Part shown: one piece after another, positions 37,875-46,697 of the stretch
How the letters are laid out: every line of letters starts with the position of its first letter
How positions within the stretch are numbered: position 1 is the first letter of the stretch
Assembly: GCA_964560875.1 (NCBI GenBank)
Contig: CAZLMW010000013.1
Coordinates: 12,279-76,278 of the forward strand
From: an uncultured Enterobacteriaceae bacterium
GTDB taxonomy: Bacteria; Myxococcota_A; UBA9042
DNA: 64,000 bases
Direction: 5' to 3'
Translations under genes and position numbers: made by a program
The notes under the pieces: model-generated
Seen by the model: only the letters and a program-made list of their open reading frames with translations
The model's database searches: none
What the model was told of the DNA's origin: nothing

Positions 37875-39011
37875 TCACTCGCGGGGTTTGCGGCGCACGA
37901 TGAGGGCATCGGCGAGCCCCGGCGTCATGTGCATTTGGTGGCGCTCGTCGACGAGGAGCACGCGGACGTCCTGCCAGGTGCTCGCCGCGATCAAGCCGTC
38001 TTTGGGACCGACAACCACGAGCGCCATCGCCCGCGCCCGCGCCATTGTCGCATCTTTGCCGATCACCACGGCGCCGCGCACAGCCGTCACGACGTGTCCG
38101 TTCCGCGGGTCAATGACGGCCGTCTTCTTCCCTGCATCGTCACCGCTCACCTCGGCGTTCGTCTCGCCCTTCTCCGTGACTGCTCTTGCGGTCCACAACG
38201 CGGTGACGCTGCCTTGCCACAGGTCGATCGCAGCGAAGCCGTCACCCGGCACGTCGACGCGCCACTGCCTGCCCGCTTTGCCGCCGCCGACGACCACCTG
38301 ACCCGCTGCATCGATCCGAAAACTTGTGACCCCGGCCGCGACAAGCAGCTCTGCGACGCCGTCCATCGCATAGCCAACGGCCATCATGTCGAGCGACATC
38401 TTCATGCCCGCACGCCGCAGCGCCACTGTGCGCTCGTCCTTGTCGATCACCACGTCCCTGGCGGCCACGAGGGGCAACCGGCCGTCGAGCATCGTCCGGG
38501 TCGGGGTCTGACCAAGCGCGACCGCCCGCCAACCGTCATCGAGCACCACTGATGTCACATCGAACGCGCCGCCCGTGTCGCGTCCGAGCTTCAGCGCGCG
38601 ACTCAACAGCCACCGAATGTCGTCATCGACCGCGACCGCCGCCGTACCGGCCGCCTTGTTGACCCGCGCGACCGCCGCCGCCGTGTCCTCGCTTCCAAAT
38701 CGGCGCCGCACGTCGATGAATACGCGCCCGACCTGCGCCAACAGCGCCGTGGATGTGGCCGCCCTCGGCATCGTGATCGTGACCGGCGTCTGCACGCCGA
38801 TGAGCTCTTGTTGCACGTAGTCATCTTCGTCGAGCGCTTTGACGACAACGGTGACGGGCGCGGCAAGCGCGGCGGGTTTTTCGACGGCGGGTTTTTCGAC
38901 GGCGGGTTTTTGGGGCGACCGCGGCGCGGGATTCTTGGCGGGGCGCGAACAGCCTGTCGTCAGCAGCACCGCGATTGCAATGGCACAGGGCACCGAGAGC
39001 GCTGGATTCAT
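37875..39011 (-). CDS. apbE: FAD:protein FMN transferase (ApbE family) lipoprotein
   Basis: Lipobox LLTTGCS. ApbE-like core (GGAFD, MMAVGYAMDGVAE, length about 340 aa after the signal). Pro/Lys-rich PAVEKPAVEKPA linker. Confidence 0.75.
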   Translation of the reverse strand: MNPALSVPCAIAIAVLLTTGCSRPAKNPAPRSPQKPAVEKPAVEKPAALAAPVTVVVKALDEDDYVQQELIGVQTPVTITMPRAATSTALLAQVGRVFIDVRRRFGSEDTAAAVARVNKAAGTAAVAVDDDIRWLLSRALKLGRDTGGAFDVTSVVLDDGWRAVALGQTPTRTMLDGRLPLVAARDVVIDKDERTVALRRAGMKMSLDMMAVGYAMDGVAELLVAAGVTSFRIDAAGQVVVGGGKAGRQWRVDVPGDGFAAIDLWQGSVTALWTARAVTEKGETNAEVSGDDAGKKTAVIDPRNGHVVTAVRGAVVIGKDATMARARAMALVVVGPKDGLIAASTWQDVRVLLVDERHQMHMTPGLADALIVRRKPRE

Positions 39012-39062
39012 GCGGCGACCGCCAGGCGACTCAACCCGACCAGGGTGGCCGCAAGTCGCGAT

Positions 39063-42000
39063 CTACTTACACGCCTTGAGGCCGCTGATCCACGCTTTGA
39101 GCAGCGCGATACCCGCCGTGTGCTTCTTGGCAACGCCGGTGTTGGGCATGAAGTCGCCGCTCGTTTCAGCCAGACCCATTCGCAGCCAAATCGTGGATTT
39201 TTCGGGCTTTCCGGGCGCAAGCAGCTTGCCCCCAGTGACGCCGAGCGCGCCTTTCTTCGGGTTGGTGTTGCACGCTTTGGTGTTGGCGAGCGCCTGGTAC
39301 GACCGCAAATCCAGGTCGGTGTTGCTGTTGCCCCCGGGTCGGTGACAGTTGGCGCAGTTGACGTGCAGGTAAGCGCGCGCATGAGCATCCAGGGCGTTGG
39401 CAGCCGGCACTTTCAGGTCGCGTTGGTCGGGAAACGCCGCATGTTTGCCATCGCCCTTGTAAGCGTTGAGCAGGCCCGCTGCATTCCAAACTCCGAGGCG
39501 GTCGACCGACTTGGCGCCAAACTTGGCCACGCTGTTGAGCTGCGCGGACGTGACACCGAGCAAGTCCATCCCCTTGGGCCCCTTGTGACACTGCTTGCAG
39601 TCGCCCGTGGAAGGAACATGCCAGGTCTGCTTGCCGCCACCGGGCAGCGTGTAGACGCGGGTTGCACCGTCGAGCAGCAGGTCGGCATCGCTGCCATCTT
39701 CGCGCCACGCGTATGTATAAAAACGCCACCTTTCGGCCACGTCGCGCACCATGAAGCGGGTCTCGACCTTGGTCTGGCCAGCTGGTCCGGCGCCCTTTGG
39801 GCCGAGGGCGAAGCTCTTGATGACGATCGTGCCGACCGGCGCTTCCCATGACACGGCGTCGTTGGACGGCAGCCCGAGCGCTTTGCTCTTCTTGCCTTTG
39901 CCCTTGGGCAGCACGATGTTGCGATATTTCTGCGCGCCATCGGACCAGAGGGGCGCGTTGACGTCGAAATCGAGCGCGCCGGCGGCCGGTTTGAGCGTCT
40001 TGAGGTCCGTGAAGCACTTGGTTTGCGACAGCTTGAGCGGGAACGTGCTGCCCGACGTCGCTCCGGAGCGTTCGACCCGCGCGACGCGGCTGCCCCAGAA
40101 CGTCGTGGCGTAGAGCTCGCCTTGCTGGTCCTCGCCGAAGCTCACGACCTTGAACGACGAGTCCAGCAGCTGCGAACGCACCCACTTGTCGCCCACCTTG
40201 CGCAGGCCGAAGAATTTGCCGGTCACGAAGTCGCCGAAGATATAGACGCCGGTCAGCCCGGGTTGGGACTTGCCGCGGTAGACGTAGCCACCTGTGATCG
40301 ACTTGGCGAGGTGGCGGGGGATGCTGTCGATCGGATCTTTGAGGTCGGGCTTCTTGCAGCCCGACTTGGGGTTGTAGCAGTAGTGGCCCTCCATGAGCCG
40401 CCAGCCGTAGTTCGCGCCCTTTTCGAGCAGCGAGACCTCCTCCCACTTGCCCTGGCCGACGTCCGCGACCCACACCTTGCCGGTCGCGCGATCACGCGAA
40501 AAACGCCACGGGTTGCGCAGCCCCTTGGCCCACGTCTCGGGCAGCCAGTTGGCGGCGTGCTTCATCGTCAGCTTCGGGTTGTCCTTGGGCACGCCGTAGT
40601 TCTTGCCCGGATCGGCGATGTCGACGTCGAGGCGCAGCATCTTACCGAGCAGTGTCGCGTCGTCCTGGCCCGCGTTGAGCGGATCGCCGCCGGCGCCACC
40701 GTCGCCCATGCCAACAAGGAGTTTGCCCGTCACGTCAAAGAACAACTGGCCGCCGTCGTGGTTGGAATAGGGCTGCTTGATGACAATCAGCTTGACCTCC
40801 GAGCTGCTCGGAGCGAAGCCGCTGGACTTGTTGACGACCAGCCGGCTCACGACCGTCTCGAACACCCCCTTCTTGGTGTAGTTGACGAAGAGGCGGCTGT
40901 TGCTCTTGAACTTGGGATGAAACGCCACGGAAAGCAGCCCGCCCTCGCCGGCGGTGCTGACCTTGCTGGTGATGTCGACCATGGTTTTCTTGGTTTTGAC
41001 GTAGCGGTCGTTGTTGAAGACCTCGATGCGCCCATGCCGGTCGACGATGACCACGCGGTCGGTGCCGTCTGGAACGTGGGTGAGCTGGATAACCGACCGC
41101 CCGCTGACGACGCCCTGGAACCACGGCACAAGTTTGATTCCCGCGGGTTTGGGCAACGTTCCGCTCAGGCTGCACGGCGACTTGCCGAGCGTGTCGGGCA
41201 GCAGGTCGACGCACACGTCCACGCCCTTGCAGGAGCCGCCGGCGCAGGTGTCTTTGCCGGTGCACGGGTTGCCGTCGTTGCACGTCGCCTTGTTGGGCAC
41301 GAACAAGCAGCCGCTCTTCGGGTCGCATGTCGCGTCGGTGCAGGGGTTGGCATCTTCGCAGACCGGCTGCTTGCTGCCGATACACTTGCCGGCGCTGCAG
41401 GTGTCGACCGTGGTGCACTTGCTGCCGTCGTCGCAAGGACCGCCAATCGGCTTGTTGCTGCACCCGCTGTCGGCGTCGGCCTGGCAGCTGTCCTGCGTGC
41501 ACGGGTTGTTGTCGTCGCAAAAGGCCTTCTTGCCGGGTGTGCACTTGCCGCCGTTGCACACGTCCGGCGAGGTGCACGGGTCGCCGTCGTCACACTTGGC
41601 TGTGTTCAGCGGGAAGACGCAGCCCTTGACCGGATCGCACTTGTCGTCCGTGCAGATCTCGTCGTCCTTGCAGGTGTGCTCGTCCTTGCCCGAAACACAC
41701 TTGCCAGCCACACACGTGTCCGAGCCGTTGCACTTATCTCCGTCGAAACAAGGCATCTTGTTGGGCGTGTACTTGCAGCCGCTCGCAGGCACACAAACAT
41801 CGGTCGTGCACACATTGGCATCGTCGCAGCCGCCCGCTTTGCACTTGGGCGCGACCGGTACATCCACGCCGGCATCGTCCTGGGCATCATCCAGCACATC
41901 GGGCGAAGCATCCGCCGAGCTGCCGGCGTCAACGGCCGAACCTCCCGCGTCCGTCAACCCAGAGGAGCCATCAATCCCGGCATCGGTAGCATTGCCCGTA

Positions 42001-42284
42001 TCGGTCGAACTGCCAGCATCGGTCGCATTGGCGGCGTCAACCGCGCCACCGGCATCGTCTTCCGTCGCGGCATCGGGCTCGCCTGGCTCGGCTACGTCCT
42101 TTTCGACAACGTCGACATCTTGGGCGACCACGTCCTGGGCCACCACGTCTTGAATCGTGGCGTCCTCGACGGTTTCGGCGGTCGTGTCGTCGTCGTTGGA
42201 CCCGGCAGGCGGATCGTCGGTGCAAGCCATCAGCGCGCACAACATCGCGACCAACGCGGCGTTGATGCGGGTCAGGTTGCGCAT
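39063..42284 (-). CDS. Lipoprotein fusing Myxococcus Cys-rich repeats, a PQQ-dependent soluble sugar dehydrogenase (SGDH/YliI-like) beta-propeller, and a C-terminal c-type cytochrome region
   Basis: Lipobox LMAC, acidic linker. CxDGxxCTxxDxC repeats. SGDH motifs NHDGGQLFFD...GMGDGGAGGDP and NYGWRLMEGH. Two heme-binding CxxCH motifs (CKQCH, CANCHRPGG). Start at MRNLTR (M51 of the ORF that extends to 42434). Confidence 0.85.
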   Translation of the reverse strand: MRNLTRINAALVAMLCALMACTDDPPAGSNDDDTTAETVEDATIQDVVAQDVVAQDVDVVEKDVAEPGEPDAATEDDAGGAVDAANATDAGSSTDTGNATDAGIDGSSGLTDAGGSAVDAGSSADASPDVLDDAQDDAGVDVPVAPKCKAGGCDDANVCTTDVCVPASGCKYTPNKMPCFDGDKCNGSDTCVAGKCVSGKDEHTCKDDEICTDDKCDPVKGCVFPLNTAKCDDGDPCTSPDVCNGGKCTPGKKAFCDDNNPCTQDSCQADADSGCSNKPIGGPCDDGSKCTTVDTCSAGKCIGSKQPVCEDANPCTDATCDPKSGCLFVPNKATCNDGNPCTGKDTCAGGSCKGVDVCVDLLPDTLGKSPCSLSGTLPKPAGIKLVPWFQGVVSGRSVIQLTHVPDGTDRVVIVDRHGRIEVFNNDRYVKTKKTMVDITSKVSTAGEGGLLSVAFHPKFKSNSRLFVNYTKKGVFETVVSRLVVNKSSGFAPSSSEVKLIVIKQPYSNHDGGQLFFDVTGKLLVGMGDGGAGGDPLNAGQDDATLLGKMLRLDVDIADPGKNYGVPKDNPKLTMKHAANWLPETWAKGLRNPWRFSRDRATGKVWVADVGQGKWEEVSLLEKGANYGWRLMEGHYCYNPKSGCKKPDLKDPIDSIPRHLAKSITGGYVYRGKSQPGLTGVYIFGDFVTGKFFGLRKVGDKWVRSQLLDSSFKVVSFGEDQQGELYATTFWGSRVARVERSGATSGSTFPLKLSQTKCFTDLKTLKPAAGALDFDVNAPLWSDGAQKYRNIVLPKGKGKKSKALGLPSNDAVSWEAPVGTIVIKSFALGPKGAGPAGQTKVETRFMVRDVAERWRFYTYAWREDGSDADLLLDGATRVYTLPGGGKQTWHVPSTGDCKQCHKGPKGMDLLGVTSAQLNSVAKFGAKSVDRLGVWNAAGLLNAYKGDGKHAAFPDQRDLKVPAANALDAHARAYLHVNCANCHRPGGNSNTDLDLRSYQALANTKACNTNPKKGALGVTGGKLLAPGKPEKSTIWLRMGLAETSGDFMPNTGVAKKHTAGIALLKAWISGLKACK

Positions 42285-42549
42285 CACTGTCGTTGGCACG
42301 GGGCCTCGCGGGGGAGGCCCCTCGGCCCGCGTTGTCTGGCAGCAGTGGGCGTCGTTTTCGTGCCTCACCCCAACCTCCGCTGCGCGGCTGTTCCACGTTG
42401 CCGTCAATTGATCGTTTCCTCTGCAACGAGACACTAGCAGATTGCGGGCAGAGGCCCTTCGGGGGCTGTCAGGCTATCGGTTGTCGCGGCTTGGTGTCAT
42501 TCGTTGCGGTCCAACCGAGCGTTTTCTCTGCAGCGTGGGGCCGGGACGT

Positions 42550-43263
42550 TCAGCGCGTGCCCGCCGATGTGTCGCTGATCGGCTTGTAGAGCAGAATCGC
42601 GGCGAGCGTGACCGCGACCCGGGCTTGCAGCGCGTGGGACATGCCCTTGCGCATCCACACGCCGCGCTGATTGGTCAGCCCCACGGCGGCAATGGTCTGG
42701 CCCTGCACACCCATTACATATCCGACTGTGCGTCCAAGACGGGCGCCATTTGCCAGACGATGCGCCGTGCTCAGCGTCAACCAGTGTTCGCCGACCCGAA
42801 CCGCGCCAACGGGGCCTGTTCCGCCCATCATCGCGCCGATTTCAAAGCGGTCCTTGCCCTTCTCCTGGGCCGCGACACACCTGATCCTGGTCGTGCCTTC
42901 TCGCAGGGTGACCGGACCCACCTGGACACGATCCATACGCCGCCGCGTCACACACTCGCCGAGCCAGCGCTGCGGGCCGCCGGCGAGCGTAAACGTGTAG
43001 GGCTGATCCGCCGTTTCATGCGACTTGCCGACGCCGCCGAACGCGATGCCCTTGCCGATTCGCGTGGTCCAGCTGCGATCGACGTCGAGGGTCCGCCAGC
43101 CGCCGAACGCGACCGACTCGTTGATCCGCGTTTGCTCCACTGCGTGGAAGTCATTTCGGCCTTTCAATCCGCTTGGAACCGCCATCATGGGCATCGTGCA
43201 GGCGGTTGTTGCAAGGGCGGCGAGCGCGACAATCATGCCAGTGGCGGACGGGCTGCGGGTCAT
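42550..43263 (-). CDS. Hypothetical lipoprotein
   Basis: Lipobox ALATTAC after MTRSPSATGMIVAL. Start supported by an ATGA overlap with the stop of the upstream MscS-like gene. Confidence 0.6.
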   Translation of the reverse strand: MTRSPSATGMIVALAALATTACTMPMMAVPSGLKGRNDFHAVEQTRINESVAFGGWRTLDVDRSWTTRIGKGIAFGGVGKSHETADQPYTFTLAGGPQRWLGECVTRRRMDRVQVGPVTLREGTTRIRCVAAQEKGKDRFEIGAMMGGTGPVGAVRVGEHWLTLSTAHRLANGARLGRTVGYVMGVQGQTIAAVGLTNQRGVWMRKGMSHALQARVAVTLAAILLYKPISDTSAGTR

Positions 43264-45014
43264 GGGCTGTTGTCCAGGTTGGGGGCGTGGCGCCAATCGC
43301 CGATCGCGGGCAGCGACCACCCGTTTTCGTTGCATAGGTCGATGTGCGTGCGGGTGACATCCGATCGCAGCGTGCGCCATCGATCGGCCAGCGCGCCGTC
43401 GCAATCGAGGTGGGCTTCGACGCGCAGCGTGCTCGCGGTTGGCGGCAGGGCGATCACCGCGACGTGGAAGATGCCGCCCCCATTCTCCGCAAGATCGGCC
43501 GCAAACCGCTTATGAAGCCGGGTTGTCAGGGCGCCGATCATCGTCTCGAGATCGGCTTGGTGGGCGGTCGCGACCGGCAGCTCAACGGCGAGGCGGAACC
43601 CACGACTGAGGTTGTCGGGCCGTTCATCGACAAACGCTTCGATGGTGTACGTGCGATCGGTGTGCCCGGCGGCTGCGACGATAACGTGCTCGGGTGTCTG
43701 CACGGTCACGCGGCCCCAGGTGCCATCGGATAGCACGACCCAGTCGCCCACCTCGGTCGGGAACCAGCGTTCGGCCTCCACAACGGGCCGCGACACGTCG
43801 TCGAGCAACATCGCGGCCCGGACGCGCACCGCGCCACCTTGCAGGCTCGGATTGACCAGCAGCGGCCGGATCCCGAGCTTCTTGACCTTCCACGGCAGGC
43901 CGCGCCACATCACCCGCTCGCCCTCGCGGACCGGGCCCAGGTTGAGCACCAGCCGGGCCTCTCGAATAAAGCGCGGCACGAACTGGCGGGTGCTCCAAAC
44001 CGCGAGGGACAAGGCCAGCAGCGCGACGGTGAACAGCAGCATGTCGCCAAGCACGTACAACGTCATCAGGCCGGCGATCGTCGCGCCGAGCACCGTCAAC
44101 AGGCCGTAGAGGGCTCCCAGCGGTTTGGCGAGCCACGAGAAACGACCGGTCTGCAAGCGATCGACCGGAAGCAGCCGCTGCCGAAGCGACATCAGCGCAA
44201 GCAGAGTCAACAGCCACACCGCGATCGCCAGCGCCAGGTTGCGACCCTTCGTGCCGAGAAAGTCCGACACCATGCGCGTGGCGTCGGACACCATCGACGG
44301 ATCCTTGCCGATCGCGCTGTCAAGCTGCCGCTGCCGGTCGGCGCGCTCTTGTTTCAAATCGTCGCGCAGCAGCAGCAGCGCCTTGTCCGTCAGCCGCAGC
44401 TCCGCTTCGAGGTTGGTGCCGATGTTGGCGCGCAGCAGCGAGTCGACCAGCACATGGGCCTGTCCGGCGATGGTGATCCGCTGGTCGAGGCTGCCCAGCT
44501 GTGCGCGCAGGTTCTCGATCTTGCGCGGCCGCTCACTCATGCGGCGGAAGGCGTTGAGCACCGGCGCGGTCAGCTCGCGGACCTCGGCGAGGAGGTCGCG
44601 TTCTTCGATGCGCGGGGCGTGGCGGAGGCGCTCAAGGCTCGTGTGCGCGGCGAGGGCCTGGAAGCTCGCCCGGGTCCGATCGCGGCGACGGTGCAGGGCA
44701 TTAAGCTGTTCGCCCTGGCGCCGGCGAACCGCGGCCACCGGGGTCGTGGCCATCTTCTTTTCGAGCGCGCCGATCTCCGCGGTGAGCGTTTGAATCGTGG
44801 TCGCGAGCTCGCGCATGCGCTTGAGCGCGTCGGCGTCATCGTGGCCAACGACCATTGTGACCGTCGCGCGCTTGGGCAGCGGCGCTTCTTCGGCCAGCGG
44901 CGCTTCTTCGGCCAGCGGCGCTTCTTCGGCCAGCGCGACCGGAGCTTTGGGCGGCGGTGCAGCCGGGGCAGTGGCACACCACAATGCGCTCGTCAGGGCG
45001 ACGATTGCGGACAA
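43260..45014 (-). CDS. MscS-family mechanosensitive channel-like protein with long N-terminal coiled-coil/periplasmic region
   Basis: Three TM helices followed by an MscS beta-domain motif (FPTEVGDWVVLSDGTWGRVTVQTPEHVIV). N-terminus carries an (AEEAPL)x3 tandem repeat. Confidence 0.55.
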   Translation of the reverse strand: MSAIVALTSALWCATAPAAPPPKAPVALAEEAPLAEEAPLAEEAPLPKRATVTMVVGHDDADALKRMRELATTIQTLTAEIGALEKKMATTPVAAVRRRQGEQLNALHRRRDRTRASFQALAAHTSLERLRHAPRIEERDLLAEVRELTAPVLNAFRRMSERPRKIENLRAQLGSLDQRITIAGQAHVLVDSLLRANIGTNLEAELRLTDKALLLLRDDLKQERADRQRQLDSAIGKDPSMVSDATRMVSDFLGTKGRNLALAIAVWLLTLLALMSLRQRLLPVDRLQTGRFSWLAKPLGALYGLLTVLGATIAGLMTLYVLGDMLLFTVALLALSLAVWSTRQFVPRFIREARLVLNLGPVREGERVMWRGLPWKVKKLGIRPLLVNPSLQGGAVRVRAAMLLDDVSRPVVEAERWFPTEVGDWVVLSDGTWGRVTVQTPEHVIVAAAGHTDRTYTIEAFVDERPDNLSRGFRLAVELPVATAHQADLETMIGALTTRLHKRFAADLAENGGGIFHVAVIALPPTASTLRVEAHLDCDGALADRWRTLRSDVTRTHIDLCNENGWSLPAIGDWRHAPNLDNSP

Positions 45015-45055
45015 GCACGGTCGGTGGAGGCGGTCGATGCCGCCAGCTTATGCCG

Positions 45056-45577
45056 TCAGTGCAAGGACGGGAAGAAGCGCTGCTTGGGCTTTTCGTGCGG
45101 GATGTTCAATCGGTTGCCTTGCAGGCCCAGCGCCTTCTTGGTCGCACCGACGCGCGCCGACCAGCCGTATTGGGCTCGCGGCCGTTTGACCCGCTCTTCA
45201 ATCAGATGTTGGCGCGCATCGTCGACGGCTGTTTGCACGACGCCGCTGGCCAGGATCACCGTCAACAGCGCGCACACGAGGGCCACAACGAGCGGCAGGC
45301 GATCGGGTTGCGACGCCCTCTCGGCCACGGCCATCGACGCGAGGACCTCGGCCGCTTCCTCGTCGCTCAGCCCGACGGTGGTGTGAACGACCCCTTCGAT
45401 GCTCTCGACCGTCGACTCTGCGGGGACCCGGCCGTCTTCGATGTCGGACACCCGGAATGTGACCCCAGGATCGCCATGCACCACGAACACATCGTCGCCT
45501 TCGACCCTGTCCGGTCGCGCCTTCGCCCACTGACTGGCGATCCGCTTGGGCAGCCTGACTTTGTAATAGCGCGGCAA
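45056..45577 (-). CDS. Hypothetical single-TM protein
   Basis: 173-aa ORF with one TM helix (LPLVVALVCALLTVILASGVV), ATG start. No recognisable domain. Confidence 0.45.
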   Translation of the reverse strand: MPRYYKVRLPKRIASQWAKARPDRVEGDDVFVVHGDPGVTFRVSDIEDGRVPAESTVESIEGVVHTTVGLSDEEAAEVLASMAVAERASQPDRLPLVVALVCALLTVILASGVVQTAVDDARQHLIEERVKRPRAQYGWSARVGATKKALGLQGNRLNIPHEKPKQRFFPSLH

Positions 45578-45666
45578 AGCTGTTCCTCGGTCACAGCGCG
45601 TCGACAGCGCTGCGACACCCTATTCCCAACCCCAGTCTAGCGAAAATCCTTCCGCGATGCGGCGAA

Positions 45667-45737
45667 TGCGCTCCCCGGACCGAGGCGAAGCCGCGATGGA
45701 CGCAAGGCGCAGGTGCGCCGCACGCTGTGGGAAGGTG
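45667..45737 (+). repeat. Copy B (partial, ~70 nt) of the hairpin repeat family
   Basis: Matches the 5' half of the core: ggaccgaggcgaagccgcgatggacgcaaggcgcaggtgcgccgcacgctgtgggaaggtgccgaagaatg. Keeps the ggcgca-NN-tgcgcc hairpin but lacks the 3' hairpins. Confidence 0.7.
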
Positions 45738-45749
45738 CCGAAGAATGCT

Positions 45750-46481
45750 TCAAGCGAGGGCGGGCTGCCAGATGTGGGCAAGACCGGTGAGCGCGTCGAC
45801 AGCTTCGTTGGCGTCGTTTTCCGCGGCACCCCAACCCATGAGCAGAGACTGCAGGCCGAGCGCTTGGAGGCGGTCGACGCGCAGCGCCGGGGGCTGGAGT
45901 CGATCGCGCTTGCGGAAGTGGTCGAGGCCGTGCATCAGCGCCCAAAGTACGTGGGCTCGCGCGTCGTCGTTGCCGTTTTGCAGCATCCCGGCGGCGGTGG
46001 CTCGGCCGATGTGATCGGTCACGAGCCGCACGAGCGGCGCCAGGGTTTCGTTCACAGCGCGGGCCTGTTCGTCGGACAGCAAGGGCGATGGGCTGCTCAC
46101 CCAGCCGTCGATCAAGCGATGCCGTGCTGGATTGCGGTCGGAGTCGGCGAGGTAGGCCGGAACGACCACGACCGCCCCCGCCAGCGTTCCGACGCCGCCG
46201 AGCTCGGCGAGCTCCGCATCTGCACGTGCAAAAATTGCGGCGAGATCGCGTCCGAAGGCCTCGATTGCGCGATTTTGCATGCCGGCAATCAGCGCGTCTT
46301 TGCTGGGGAAATAGCGGTACAGCGCGCCGACGGCGGCGTCGAGCTTCTTGGCGATGCGCGCGATGGTGAGCTTCTCGAGACCTTCTTCGAGCGCGATCGC
46401 CATCGCGGCGTCCAGGAGTTCATTGACGCGTTCCTGTCGGCGACGCTGCTGTCGGGTCATTTTTGAGTCAGAGGACATCGG
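45750..46481 (-). CDS. TetR/AcrR-family transcriptional regulator
   Basis: N-terminal HTH (RVNELLDAAMAIALEEGLEKLTIARIAKKLDAAVGALYRYFPSKDAL). Start chosen at MSSDSK (M37) of the ORF extending to 46589, because operator-like palindromes lie within the longer ORF. Confidence 0.85.
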   Translation of the reverse strand, partial: PMSSDSKMTRQQRRRQERVNELLDAAMAIALEEGLEKLTIARIAKKLDAAVGALYRYFPSKDALIAGMQNRAIEAFGRDLAAIFARADAELAELGGVGTLAGAVVVVPAYLADSDRNPARHRLIDGWVSSPSPLLSDEQARAVNETLAPLVRLVTDHIGRATAAGMLQNGNDDARAHVLWALMHGLDHFRKRDRLQPPALRVDRLQALGLQSLLMGWGAAENDANEAVDALTGLAHIWQPALA

Positions 46482-46498
46482 CCGCTCCTCGGTATGAT

Positions 46499-46525
46499 TC
46501 TTGTTAATTCGGGTGGTTAACAAGA
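46499..46525. promoter_or_regulatory. Candidate TetR operator: perfect 9-bp inverted repeat TCTTGTTAA-N9-TTAACAAGA in an AT-rich island
   Basis: Seen directly, 18-44 bp upstream of the TetR start. A second palindrome, GCATTCA-N5-TGAATGC, lies at 46586..46604 in the divergent region shared with the amidohydrolase gene. Confidence 0.55.
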
Positions 46526-46697
46526 GTCGTGTGGGCCCTGTTCTAACGCCGCGAAACCTGAAGCAAAGGAATTCACTTGCGAACGGCATTCATTTTGTGA
46601 ATGCTGTTCACCGAGCGCACACCTATCCACAACGCGACGCATGTGGTGATCGGCTTTATACGAGCAACCTACTCACGAACGAAAAACGGAGCAACCC

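Noticed and set aside
40023-42437. 804-aa ORF antisense to the PQQ dehydrogenase / cytochrome gene
   Set aside because: Shadow ORF. The minus-strand product has SGDH and CxxCH motifs, whereas this one has none.
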